Below, piece by piece: positions 25,801-36,799 of a stretch of 64,000 nucleotides of DNA (position 1 is the first letter of the stretch; every line of letters begins with the position of its first letter). Position numbers and translations under genes: made by a program. The notes below the pieces were generated by a model. The model was not told where the DNA came from, searched no databases, and was given only the letters and a program-made list of their open reading frames with translations. The stretch comes from Amphiscolops sp. MND2022 (Eukaryota), in contig OZ076415.1 of NCBI GenBank assembly GCA_964187785.1, positions 60,698,001-60,762,000 of the forward strand. The letters are read 5' to 3'.

Positions 25801-25948
25801 AGTAGTCATAAAAGCAGGAACCCTGGGTCACTTTTGCTCCGTTTTCGTGAATGTGAACTAATTTGTACGGGGGGGGATTACCGTGAAATTAAGACTGTTG
25901 GTGTGGGGATATAACCTTGAAATTCAGACTGGTTTAAATGGGTGGGGC
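25801..25948 (+). repeat. Left terminal inverted repeat (148 bp)
   Basis: AGTAGTCATAAAAGCAGGAACCCTGGG...TTTAAATGGGTGGGGC. Confidence 0.95.
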
Positions 25949-26088
25949 ATTCATTAGTTACGGCGCTTAATATGGAAAATCTAGACGCTGGTGGTTTTAT
26001 GGTTGATTAGTTTTATGTACTGCGAGCATATGGTGATTGTAAAGTTGCTCTCCGCGGAAATATTTCAAGTGGTTTTTGTTTACAAATC

Positions 26089-26627
26089 TCATGTGGTTAT
26101 TGTTTGCAATTCTCAAGTGATCTTGAATTGTGTGTCAGGCAACTGGGTGAGGTCTCATCTTTTGATAAACCAAGTCGACAGCTTCTTTCTTATTTAATTT
26201 GTTACAGCTTTCATGTCATTGCACAAAAGCCCAAGAGTTGTTTCGCCCATGTGCAGATAATTTTTCAGATACTTTCAAATAGCAATCACAGCGATCAAAA
26301 CTCCAGAAAATCCAGCAGCCATTTTACCTGGAGCAAAAACAACAATTGCTTGGTAAGTGTTTAACTTATTATTTAAAAAAAACTGGACATTCTGCGAATT
26401 GACCGATCTTCACAATTCAAGTGATTTTGAAACGAATTAAGTACACCAATTCTTTTCAATCCTGAATTTCCTGATTCTGAATATTTCAGAGATAGCCAAA
26501 CATCGAAGATTATTGTGATTTCTATTCCAATTCAAAATTCCAACAATCAGTACAATGAATGAGAAAACGAAACGGACAAGAAGCAGCAACCAAAAAACAG
26601 CAACAACTCAAGCAAAACTAATACAGG
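26089..26627 (+). pseudogene. Intron-containing cargo gene relic next to left TIR
   Basis: ATG TGG TTA TTG TTT GCA ATT (MWLLFAIL, signal-peptide-like); donors G|GTGAGG (~26147), TG|GTAAGT (~26353), AG|GTTGGT (~26627); acceptors TTGTTACAG (~26208) and ATTTCAG (~26489); frameshifts prevent a clean protein. Confidence 0.4.
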
Positions 26628-26947
26628 TTGGTTATTTGCTTTGTCTAAATTCATGATTTATTAACTAGAGTAACCAAAAAAAACCAATACGAAAAACCTT
26701 GCTCCCAGTGCTTTCAATGACTTTCATGTTTATAGATCATCGCCACTGTTCAACATCAAAGAATGGTCAAGGAATACAATGAACCTGACAACTATGAGAC
26801 GCTACTACTCTCCAGTTAAGTCAAAGAAAACTTTGAGCAAACACTGCATTTAGAGCTATATCTCCTGCATACATTTATCAGAATATATATTTCGTATCCA
26901 CACACACGCAAAACTGAAAGTCTAATTAATAATTACGTTGGTCTAAA

Positions 26948-29053
26948 AGTCTAAATTTCCATAATATTTATAGAGCTATAAAATTTCTTTAACTTGTCTT
27001 TGAGTAAAAATGGTAGCATTCCAGTGCAACATACCTTGGGTAACCTCTGTCCAATTGAAAATTTGGTCTAAATTTCCGTCATTTTAGAGCTATAATATTT
27101 CTTTAACTTGTCTTGAGTAAAAATGGTAGCATTCCAGTGCAACATACCTTGGGTAACCTCTGTCCAATTGACAATTTGGTCTAAATTTCCGTCATTTTAG
27201 AGCTATAACATTTCTTTAACTTGTCTTTGAGTAAAAATGGCAGCATTCCAGTGCAACATACCTTGGGTAACCTCTGTCCAATTGACAATTTGGTCTAAAT
27301 TTCCGTAATTTTAGAGCTATAATATTTCTTTAACTTGTCTTTGAGTAAAAATGGCAGCATTCCAGTGCAACATACCTTGGGTAACCTCTGTCCAATTGAA
27401 AATTTGGTCTAAATTTCCGTCATTTCAGAGCTTTAATATTTCTTTAACTTGTCTTTGAGTAAAAATGGTAGCATTCCAGTGCAACATACCTTGGGTAACC
27501 TCTGTCCAATTGAAAATTTGGTCTAAATTTCCGTCATTTTAGAGCTATAATATTTCTTTAACTTGTCTTTGAGTAAAAATGGTAGCATTCCAGTGCAACA
27601 TACCTTGGGTAACCTCTGTCCAATTGACAATTTGGTCTAAATTTCCGTCATTTTAGAGCTATAATATTTCTTTAACTTGTCTATGAGTAAAAATGGCAGC
27701 ATTCCAGTGCAACATACCTTGGGTAACCTCTGTCCAATTGAAAATTTGGTCTAAATTTCCGTCATTTCAGAGCTTTAATATTTCTTTAACTTGTCTTTGA
27801 GTAAAAATGGTAGCATTCCAGTGCAACATACCTTGGGTAACCTCTGTCCAATTGAAAATTTGGTCTAAATTTCCGTCATTTTAGAGCTATAAAATTTCTT
27901 TAACTTGTCTTTGAGTAAAAATGGTAGCATTCCAGTGCAACATACTTTGGATAACCTCTGTCCAATTGACAATTTGGTCTAAATTTCCGTCATTTTAGAG
28001 CTATAATATTTCTTTAACTTGTCTTTGAGTAAAAATGGCAGCATTCCAGTGCAACATACCTTGGGTAACCTCTGTCCAATTGACAATTTGGTCTAAATTT
28101 CCGTCATTTTAGAGCTATAATATTTCTTTAACTTGTCTTTGAGTAAAAATGGCACCATTCCAGTGCAACATACCTTGGGTAACCTCTGTCCACTTGAAAA
28201 TTTGGTCTAAATTTCCGTCATTTTAGAGCTATAATATTTCTTTATTTTGTCTTTGAGTAAAAATGGTAGCATTCCAGTGCAACATACCTTGGGTAACCTC
28301 TGTCCAATTGACAATTTGGTCTAAATTTCCGTCATTTTAGAGCTATAATATTTCTTTAACTTGTCTTTGAGTAAAAATGGTAGCATTCCAGTGCAACATA
28401 CCTTGGGTAACCTCTGTCCAATTGACAATTTGGTCTAAATTTCCGTCATTTTAGAGCTATAATATTTCTTTAACTTGTCTTTGAGTAAAAATGGCAGCAT
28501 TCCAGTGCAACATACCTTGGGTAACCTCTGTCCAATTGACAATTTGGTCTAAATTTCCGTCATTTTAGAGCTATAATATTTCTTTAACTTGTCTTTGAGT
28601 AAAAATGGCAGCATTCCAGTGCAACATACCTTGGGTAACCTCTGTCCATTTAAAAATTTGGTCTAAATTTCCGTCATTTTAGAGCAATAATATTTCTTTA
28701 ACTTGTCTTTGAGTAAAAATGGCAGCATTCCAGTGCAACATACCTTGGGTAACCTCTGTCTATGTGAAAATTTAGTCTAAATTTCCGTCATTTTAGAGCT
28801 TTAATATTTCTTTACCTTGTCTTTGAGTAAAAATGGTAGCATTCCAGTGCAACATACCTTGGGTAACCTCTGTCCAATTGAAAATTTGGTCTAAATTTCC
28901 GTCATTTTAGAGCTATAATATTTCTTTAACTTGTCTTTGAGTAAAAATGGCAGCATTCCAGTGCAACATACCTTGGGTAACCTCTGTCCAATTGACAATT
29001 TGGTCTAAATTTCCGTCATTTTAGAGCTATATTATTTCTTTAACTCGTCTTTG
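26948..29053. repeat. Tandem array of a 114-bp unit, ~18.5 highly similar copies
   Basis: GGTCTAAATTTCCGTCATTTTAGAGC...GTCCAATTGAMAATTT recurs at 27065, 27178, 27292, 27406 ... 29002; stops in all six unspliced frames. Confidence 0.97.
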
Positions 29054-29135
29054 CTTTCAGCTTAGTGAGCTAAAGTTTTGTTCTTTGTATTTCATTAATT
29101 TATCGAAATGTTCACCTTTTTTTTAAAAAAAAAAG

Positions 29136-29308
29136 CTCCCATGATGTAGACACAATGTACTGGGTAAGACGGGCCTAACCCAGCCTGCACAGTACGAGTG
29201 TCTACTGGGTCTTAGTATTGGTTAACCTCTCTTGGAGCAGGTAGACCGTTAGTGCTCTACTCTTCAAGAAACGGGTCGAGGTTAATCAAAGACTCCAGTA
29301 GACACTCG
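29136..29308. ncRNA. Candidate structured RNA/hairpin element, copy 1
   Basis: 114-nt imperfect hairpin 29195-29308 (14-bp perfect outer stem CGAGTGTCTACTGG/CCAGTAGACACTCG, 10-nt loop); the first 110 nt are duplicated at 29987-30097. Transcription not shown. Confidence 0.5.
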
Positions 29309-29513
29309 AAATCTCCTGCACAAGTACTGATTCGATTCGATTCGATTCAAATCTTTACTTTTCTTCCTCTTCAGTTTAAATACCTCTTTACAGACTATAT
29401 GGCGGTATCACATGTAAATTATGCAATTTCTCTACGTGGCATGGAATGTCTTTTTTTTGGTAGTGGAGAGCTTGAGATTTTGAAAATTGTTTCTTTGAAA
29501 TCATATGTCCTGT

Positions 29514-29780
29514 TGTACTTCCATAGGGGATAAGTTCTGTCGGTTTGAAAAATTGTTGATTATGTCCAGCATTTTAGTGTTTTCTTTGTCTTTAACTCTC
29601 AAAATGACTTACTTTAGTGTACTTTCATGGGGACAACTTCTGTCGGTTTGAAAAATTGTTGATTATATCCAGCATTTTTGCTTTTTAAATGTCTTTAACT
29701 CAAAATGGCTTACTTTAGTGTACTTCCATAGGGGATAAGTTCTGTCGGTTTGAAAAATTGTTGATTATATCCACCATTTT
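29514..29780. repeat. ~102-bp tandem repeat, ~2.7 copies
   Basis: TGTACTTCCATAGGGGATAAGTTCTGTCGGTTTGAAAAATTGTTGATTAT starts at 29514, 29618, 29719. Confidence 0.9.
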
Positions 29781-29986
29781 TGTTTTTAAATGTTTTGAGT
29801 AATATTTTAAGGGATCTTCTAAGTTCGATTGAAAAAAATATTGTTTATTTGTGACATTTTGGTGAATAGTTTGTCTTTGTCGCATAAAATGGTTTTGTTT
29901 AGTATACTTCCGTTTTTGTCGATTTTTCTTCCGATTCCTTGTGCAAATTTTGTCTTCCTCTCATTTGCTATTTGGTAATTTCACTA

Positions 29987-30159
29987 CTCCCATGATGTAG
30001 ACACAATGTACTGGGTAAGACGGGCCTAACCCAGCCTGCACAGTACGAGTGTCTACTGGGGTCTTAGTATTGGTTAACCTCTCTTGGAGCAGGTAGATTG
30101 AGCAAATTCTACTCTCCATTGTTGAGTTGAGATTAACCAAAGAGACTCCGGTAGACACT
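29987..30159. ncRNA. Candidate structured RNA/hairpin element, copy 2
   Basis: 5' 111 nt identical to copy 1 except one extra G; diverged 3' arm still pairs (CCGGTAGACACT, GAGATTAACCAA, TCTACTCTCC); 10-nt loop. Confidence 0.5.
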
Positions 30160-32820
30160 TTATAAACGAGAATACAGCCAAGGTCGTATTTTCAAAGTAA
30201 TACGACCTGTATACTTTAGCTCTTTTTTTGGAGCTTCTTACAGTCTTCTTGTTTCCGTTTCAAAATTTCTAGGACTTATTGTACAACTGTCGTTTCGAAA
30301 TTCGATGGACTATACAAAGAATTCAAGGACCCTTCGCTCTACAGGAACGAGTAGTCCTCTGTCTGGTTTCTGTTGAATTGTACTTCAACTAGAAAAATTC
30401 AGCCCTCCCTCTCCAGGATGTGATGCTAATATCTCGCTGTAATAATTGTTGTATTGCGTTGGAGTGAATTATGTCGAGTTTTCTATCTCAGGTATTGTTT
30501 CAATTTCGTATTTCAATTGAATCAATTTGATTGTTGGTGTTTTCAGCATCTGCAACTTGATTCCGGAAAACTTTTGAGATCAATTAGTGTACTTAGCTTT
30601 GTTTTTACTTTATCCTCAATTACCAACTTATGCAGATTGTTGCATTTTCGCGTTGGAATAGATACCACTGTGATTATTGATGTTTTTCAACCTCATCTTT
30701 GATTTTCTAGACGAAACTTCCTAAAAGTGAACAGATATCGAGTAAAACCAGACTTTTCAGCTGTACAGGTTGAACTTGTTCTGTTGAGTAGTAACAGACT
30801 ACTACTCAATATCTTTCAACTTTTTCCCACTTGAATTAGCTCCCAGCTCTTCACTATGTGACGTGGAACTCAAACTCTTCATTTGAAGACACTTCGCAAC
30901 ATTAGCAGGAGAGGTTATTAATTATTGAAATTTTGTAATAGACACCAGTTTGACTGATGATATTCATTTTTGGAACAGACGAACATAATCTCAGTTGCGA
31001 ACAATCAAGTACTGCATCCGATAAACGTCATCAATTTCATGCTTTGCTCCATCATGGGCGTTTTTGACAATGTCTATGCATTGTTTGTTGGTATTTTGTA
31101 TAGGAATAGACAGGATTGTTTTTTTATTGTCAACCTTGAAGTTGCGCGCGAGGCACTAGTTTATGAATTTTAACTGAATTTTGACTGTACTGTTGCAATG
31201 AAGAGAATATACCAATGTGAGTGTTGCTTCATCTTTCAGTTATTACTTTTGGAGGCAAATCGGAGATTACTTTTTTTTGTGGAAAACGGACCTTTCCGCA
31301 ATACTCAAAGCACCAAATAGTAGAATTATGTAACGTATTAAACAGCAGGCTGACTGTCGATGTTTTTTTATTGTTCGGTTGCTTTTGATATGGAATGGTT
31401 GAATGCAATCCTTATGCACTCTACTTCTCCACGGTTGAATCAAGGTAAATAAATTAGCTTTTACTTTATTTCCATGGTTTCAATTTGAAAATTTTTGAAA
31501 TTTCGTGGTGGAACAAGTATCACTGTGAATTCTTTTGTTTTGAAAAACGTTCTGAATTACATTTTCTAATCAATCTGATAACAGTCTTTTCTTCAACTGG
31601 TAATATTTACCTCGAACGAACTGAATATCTGATAATTACTGGTAGTTGTAAAAGGTATCAAAATAGTCATTAGGTTTTGACTTATTAATTGTTAGGTAAC
31701 GTTGAAACAGCACTTCAAGTAGTTGGCAGTTCACCTATAAGCCTTCTTGACTTTGATTTGCAACGTTTTATTTCAGAGAAGAAGTGAAAAAAACAGCATT
31801 GCTAGTTAGAGATTTTTTCGCCTGAAAGTGGTTTGGAAACATTGGACTCAATGGATACACATCTTTCCAACTGATGTTCATCTGAAATCCTTTCAAATGC
31901 CTGTCTAATGTAAACACTCGTTCAACTATTTATTTTGAAATTGCTCTATTTTGATGTTTATGTTTGAAGCATTGATTTTGATTTTCAAAAATTATCCATT
32001 ATGCAGTGTACTTGTGATTTCTTTCGGTACTGACTCTAAGACGTGAAGGAAGTATGTTATCTTTTTGGTAGTAATAATCCGTTAGCAACATTAGGTCTTT
32101 TTTTGTTGTTGTTTTCAACTGGATACATCAATCTCTGAGATTGACTCTTAACTGGCAAAACAATTTGTCAATAAGATCATGGGTTCACCTTGTTTCCCTC
32201 ATATGTCATTTCCAAAATAAATAAGTACGATTCGATGAAAAAAATTTCAAACGACAGTTTTCCTATTTTTTTTGTAAACCCACCACGGTCACAACCTTCT
32301 AAAGTTTTCCTGAACAAGTTCCACACCAATTTTGATTGACACCACTCTTGACTGTCGAAAATCTGAGAATTGGATGGAATTCTCGTATACATTTTGAATT
32401 GCAGCAACATTCAATTTTCACACTACAATACAATAAAATTTTAAAAACTATCAGTAGTTTTACAAGATGAAGGTTTCAAAAAGTTTTCAAATTGCGTTGA
32501 TAGAGATGCTCAAAAAATGTTCAAGATAATCCTGATTTCTAGAGTTTTCAACAATATTTTCGAGTGACAAGACCAACAACCTATGAACTGATTACAAAGA
32601 TTGTCTCGAAAAAGTATGCGTGTGTGTGGATTCCACTTAATATATTATGTTGCTTGTTTTAATAGTTTTTATTCATCAATTTTAGACAGTATTGAAGTTT
32701 AATGTAATTAGCATCGGAAGTTAAATTTACTTCTTGTAGTCTTTCGGTTTTGAAAAGTAATAAAGGAATACTAAATTGGCCAGACATTAAAGTTTAAGTT
32801 TCATAAAACAAATTAAAAAG

Positions 32821-35800
32821 TTAGGCTTCTTGAGCTTCAAACATGATGAATGGGTTTTTTCGCGCTCGTTTTGGCGGTGAGTACACTTGTTCGTCGTCGG
32901 GCGTGTCAGACGATAGGAAACCTGGGTCAGGTATATCTTCTTTCTCGCTCTCTGTGCTTCTTTTATATGACACAACAAAGTGCTTCTCGTCCATTGATAT
33001 CGTTGGATCAACTAAAATCTCTGGCAATATACTTTTTGGCGATGAGTGGGGTATTTCATAATGCCCAAAAGCTAGGGTTTCATTCACATCTTCTTCAATG
33101 TATCGCTTGTTATCAGCACTGTTCAAAACAATTTTGTTGCATTCCTCAACAAAAAGCTCCAAGTTGTGAGACTTGATTGTTCGCATTTTCTCTTTGATCG
33201 TTAGCTTTTCAGACAGGACTCTTTTGTATAGATCGTGATGGAGAGCTTTCTGTACTATCTTCGTAACACCTTTTGCACACTTTTTGGATTTTACTGATGA
33301 TTTGATGCTGTACATTTTTGCTCTCAGTCCGACATACTCGCTGATGATTCCACTATTCATCTCGTCTTTCATCTTCAGTACTACTTTCTTGTTTTTATCG
33401 CAGTGCAAAGGGTGATCGTTTGGATAATCTGAAAAGTCAAACTCGTCCTGGATTTTTTGAAAGTCTTCGTACAAATTTTCCGTCTCAATTGCTAACAAAA
33501 GCGAGTCTGTGTCTGAGTAGAGAAGTTTCGCCTTGTCCCCATAAGTTGGTTTTATTGTTTGGTAGAGAAATTTGTACATAACCAACTTGGACAAATCCAA
33601 AACTGTAGCTCCAATGTATGTAGGTTTGTTCCAGGTTACTATCGACTTACCCATAATCAAAGCACATAGATTCGGTTGAAAAATTTTAAAAGATTTGAAG
33701 TTGGGTTTGCTAATAAACTTTTCACAATGGGTGTCATCTGTGAAAAGCTTTATATTTTGACGATTCGTCAAATCTTCCATGGATTTCCCAAAAACTGAAT
33801 TGTTTAACAATTTTCCGAGATCTTTCAAACAATCAGTTTTTGCTTTACGCCGAATTTCTGTGTTGATGTCAATAATATCATTTCATCCATTTGCTCTGCC
33901 TAAATTTGATAACTTTATGAACTTTTACCACTTGTAACCCATGAGAAACGTAAAATTTCAAAATCCTGTAGTGGCACACGTAATATTCCTTTGTGTTAAA
34001 TGTTTGCAAAAGCTTGAATGTTTCCCCTGATTCACACTTTTCTCGTGCTTGTGAAGGTGAGAGCATTTCTTTTGTTATTTTTAAATGCTCTGGTGCCAAT
34101 GGATAATCATTGTGTTGATCATGTAATTCTTTTGAATATTCCAAATCAACAACAACGAAAAATCCAAATTCAGCATCGTCAGCAGTTGCTAATACAGTTG
34201 CAAGAGAATCCGTTGTTTCTGAAAAGTTGCCAATGGGTAAACTTTCACGCATTACTCCTCCATAGAGATTATTAGCGTCTAATAAAATCATGCAGGTTTT
34301 TGGCTCTGTTGCGTTATAATTTTCACATTGTGGATTATTCGCTTTGAAAAATCTACTGTGAAAAACACCACATATTCCACCCCTGATTCCTCTCTTCACA
34401 AAATCAAGATGGTCTTTTTCTGATAATAAATCCAATTCAACCTTTGTTGTTTTGAGCATTGCTTCCCATGCAAAATGAGGAGCTGTAAGAAAGTGTGCTG
34501 GGTCCAGACCAAAATTGCTGTAAGCCAGTTGTCGAAAGTTCTCAAATACGTCGGCTAGGGTGTAAACATCAACTTGAAGATAAATATCATGATATTCCCC
34601 CAGATTTTTTATACCTAGGCAATGCCACACCTTTTTAGCGTGCTGGTAGTCTTGATCCGATATCGGTTCATTGGATAAAGTGTCAATCCAGATGGGGGGA
34701 AGTTCGGTTTCTTGGAACTTGTCAAATGAGTCCATATAGCTATAAGGGTAAACTCCTTTCTGAAGAATTAGATTTTGCTGATCTTGTGAGAAATGACTGA
34801 AACCTTCTTTGAAGGTAGTAAAGGGAATATTATCAGTCTTCATTGTTTCAATAAGGCTGCTCAATGACTTTGCTTGGAATCGGAAACCATCAATAAACTT
34901 GAGCTTTTCAAATGTAATTACCTTTTGATTTTGGTCATTCTGGAAAGACCCTGTTGGTACACAAATTGAAAAGCAGATGAATTCTTCAGAGTTGTTTGCA
35001 ATGCACTCTAGTTTTTCGTTACCGTCTCCAGGTCGATAATACCTCAGAAGTTGCTTAAAATCATACTTTGAGACATTGTGAAAAATAACTGGAGTGAAAT
35101 TTGGTGTTCTGCATGATATGTTACATTTACTATGGGCTATGCCTCGCAGTTTACCGGTAACATGATTATGCTCAAAAACCCTGTCGTTTCCGAGTGTTTC
35201 GTCACAAATAGAACAATCAACAGCATCTCTCAACTTTGTAAAATCACTAGTTTTCTTTTGGTAAAAAGGAAATCTTCTCTTGTCTCGATATATTTCTTTA
35301 GCCCAATTTCGAACCGTGTCCAAAAAACCTGTGACACAGCCCTCACTCCGACTGGAATATTGCTTTATCAGTTTCCCTTTTTCATTTAAGCATATTGCAT
35401 GAATGCCACAAGGTATTTGTTTTTCAACTTTTCGTGCATGTAATTGGTTGGGTGTGTAGGTAATTTTTGGTGTGATGGCCTCTATGTCTGCATAAATAAC
35501 AAACGGGGCTCGCATTCTTGCTGCAAAACTTTTCCAAGCCATCTTACCATTTTGTTTCATCTTTATTCGGCAAGGTTGTTCAGAACACATGAGTTGATGA
35601 TTCTTGAAGCGACTCAAGCTTGAACTTCCAGTCAAACAACGTCGACAGTAAAATTGATTCTTTTTCTTTGTTTCTCTTCGCATAAACCAATTGAAATTTG
35701 TAATTAAACAGTAGTGATAACGACCATCGTCCTCAAGTAGCAATAAATCCACCGGAAATCCATTTTTGTTGGAAATACGAATAGGATAAATTTCCTTATC

Positions 35801-36622
35801 CAGAGCAAAAACATTAATTGATAAATCATTAGCTCCTTCAATCCTGCCAATGTCTTTAATTGTCACAGGATTCTCCGCGTCACATAAGTCAATTTTTTGA
35901 AACTTTTCATATGTGCTAGGACGACTCTTCTTGTTTTTTATATCGCGATAATGTCTTGCTGCGAGAATACAAAGCTCAAAACAGTTATTTGCCTTGATTG
36001 TTCGGATATTAAGCAAGAAGTTATTGTTTGAAAACTTGGTTGGTGTTGGTATAAAGCTTCCAGCTCTGATGGGCTTGTTTCGAGCGAAATTAATACTCAA
36101 TTTCAAAATCTTCTTAACACTCCATCCAGAGCCATGCTGACAGAAGTTTTCAAACTGTTTCAGAATGTGATTTTTAATTTGGTCGAATGTTTCTCTCGAG
36201 AGACCCTCTGAATAAACAGCTTGCATTTTTGAGTTGAAACAAGTCTCAAATTCCAATTCAGTAGTTGGTTTGAATAATAAAACACACAAGGATAATTGGA
36301 TTTTCAAACTAGTTGCCTCTTGTAAGTTTTTGATAATTAATGAATAGAGGTTCGGATAGAAGTTATTTAGGAAAACAATGGGATCGAGGATTGTATTTTT
36401 TGGTTTAAAAGAGATAACTTTCAAGTAATTTCGCGTGGTATTCTCTTCAAAATCATAATCATCGCTGTCAGTTGTGTTCTCTCTTGTTGTTTCTGAGTTG
36501 GTTTGAGAATTTGACTCACGGTCGTTCGAATGATCTCTGTGTTTTTGGCGTACGTGTCTGTTCAGATTTTGCTTGTGTTTGTAACATTTTAAGCAAGTTT
36601 CACAACAAAATTTTCTCTCCAT
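32821..36622 (-). CDS. polB: Protein-primed family B DNA polymerase (Polinton type), one frameshift at ~33875
   Basis: Exonuclease motifs YADIEA, FHNVSKYDF, YLQVDV; polymerase motifs LLDANNLYG, KLLNNSVFGK, YSDTDS, KMYS..KCAKGV. N-terminal C2H2 finger CETC..HVRQKH and EndoVII-like CSIC..EHNHVTGKLRGIAHSKCN. The two ORFs join with a 1-nt shift at AAATGATATTATTGAC (KWMK / IDINTEIRRK). Confidence 0.95.
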
Positions 36623-36799
36623 AATGGAGGAGCGACTGGAAGGGTAGAATATACAACTTGTATTTGCAACAAAAGTTTTCAGTCTGTTTTTCAGAAAAAT
36701 TCATTAGGTATTGGTCAAAATGTTGGAAAGTTGGGATAGCCACTTCCTATTGGTCGCAATATTAAATATGTTTCCCTGTTGCGATCTTAATCACATGGA

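Noticed and set aside
26948-29053. CRISPR array
   Set aside because: Units are contiguous near-identical tandem copies without unique spacers; eukaryotic context with no cas genes.
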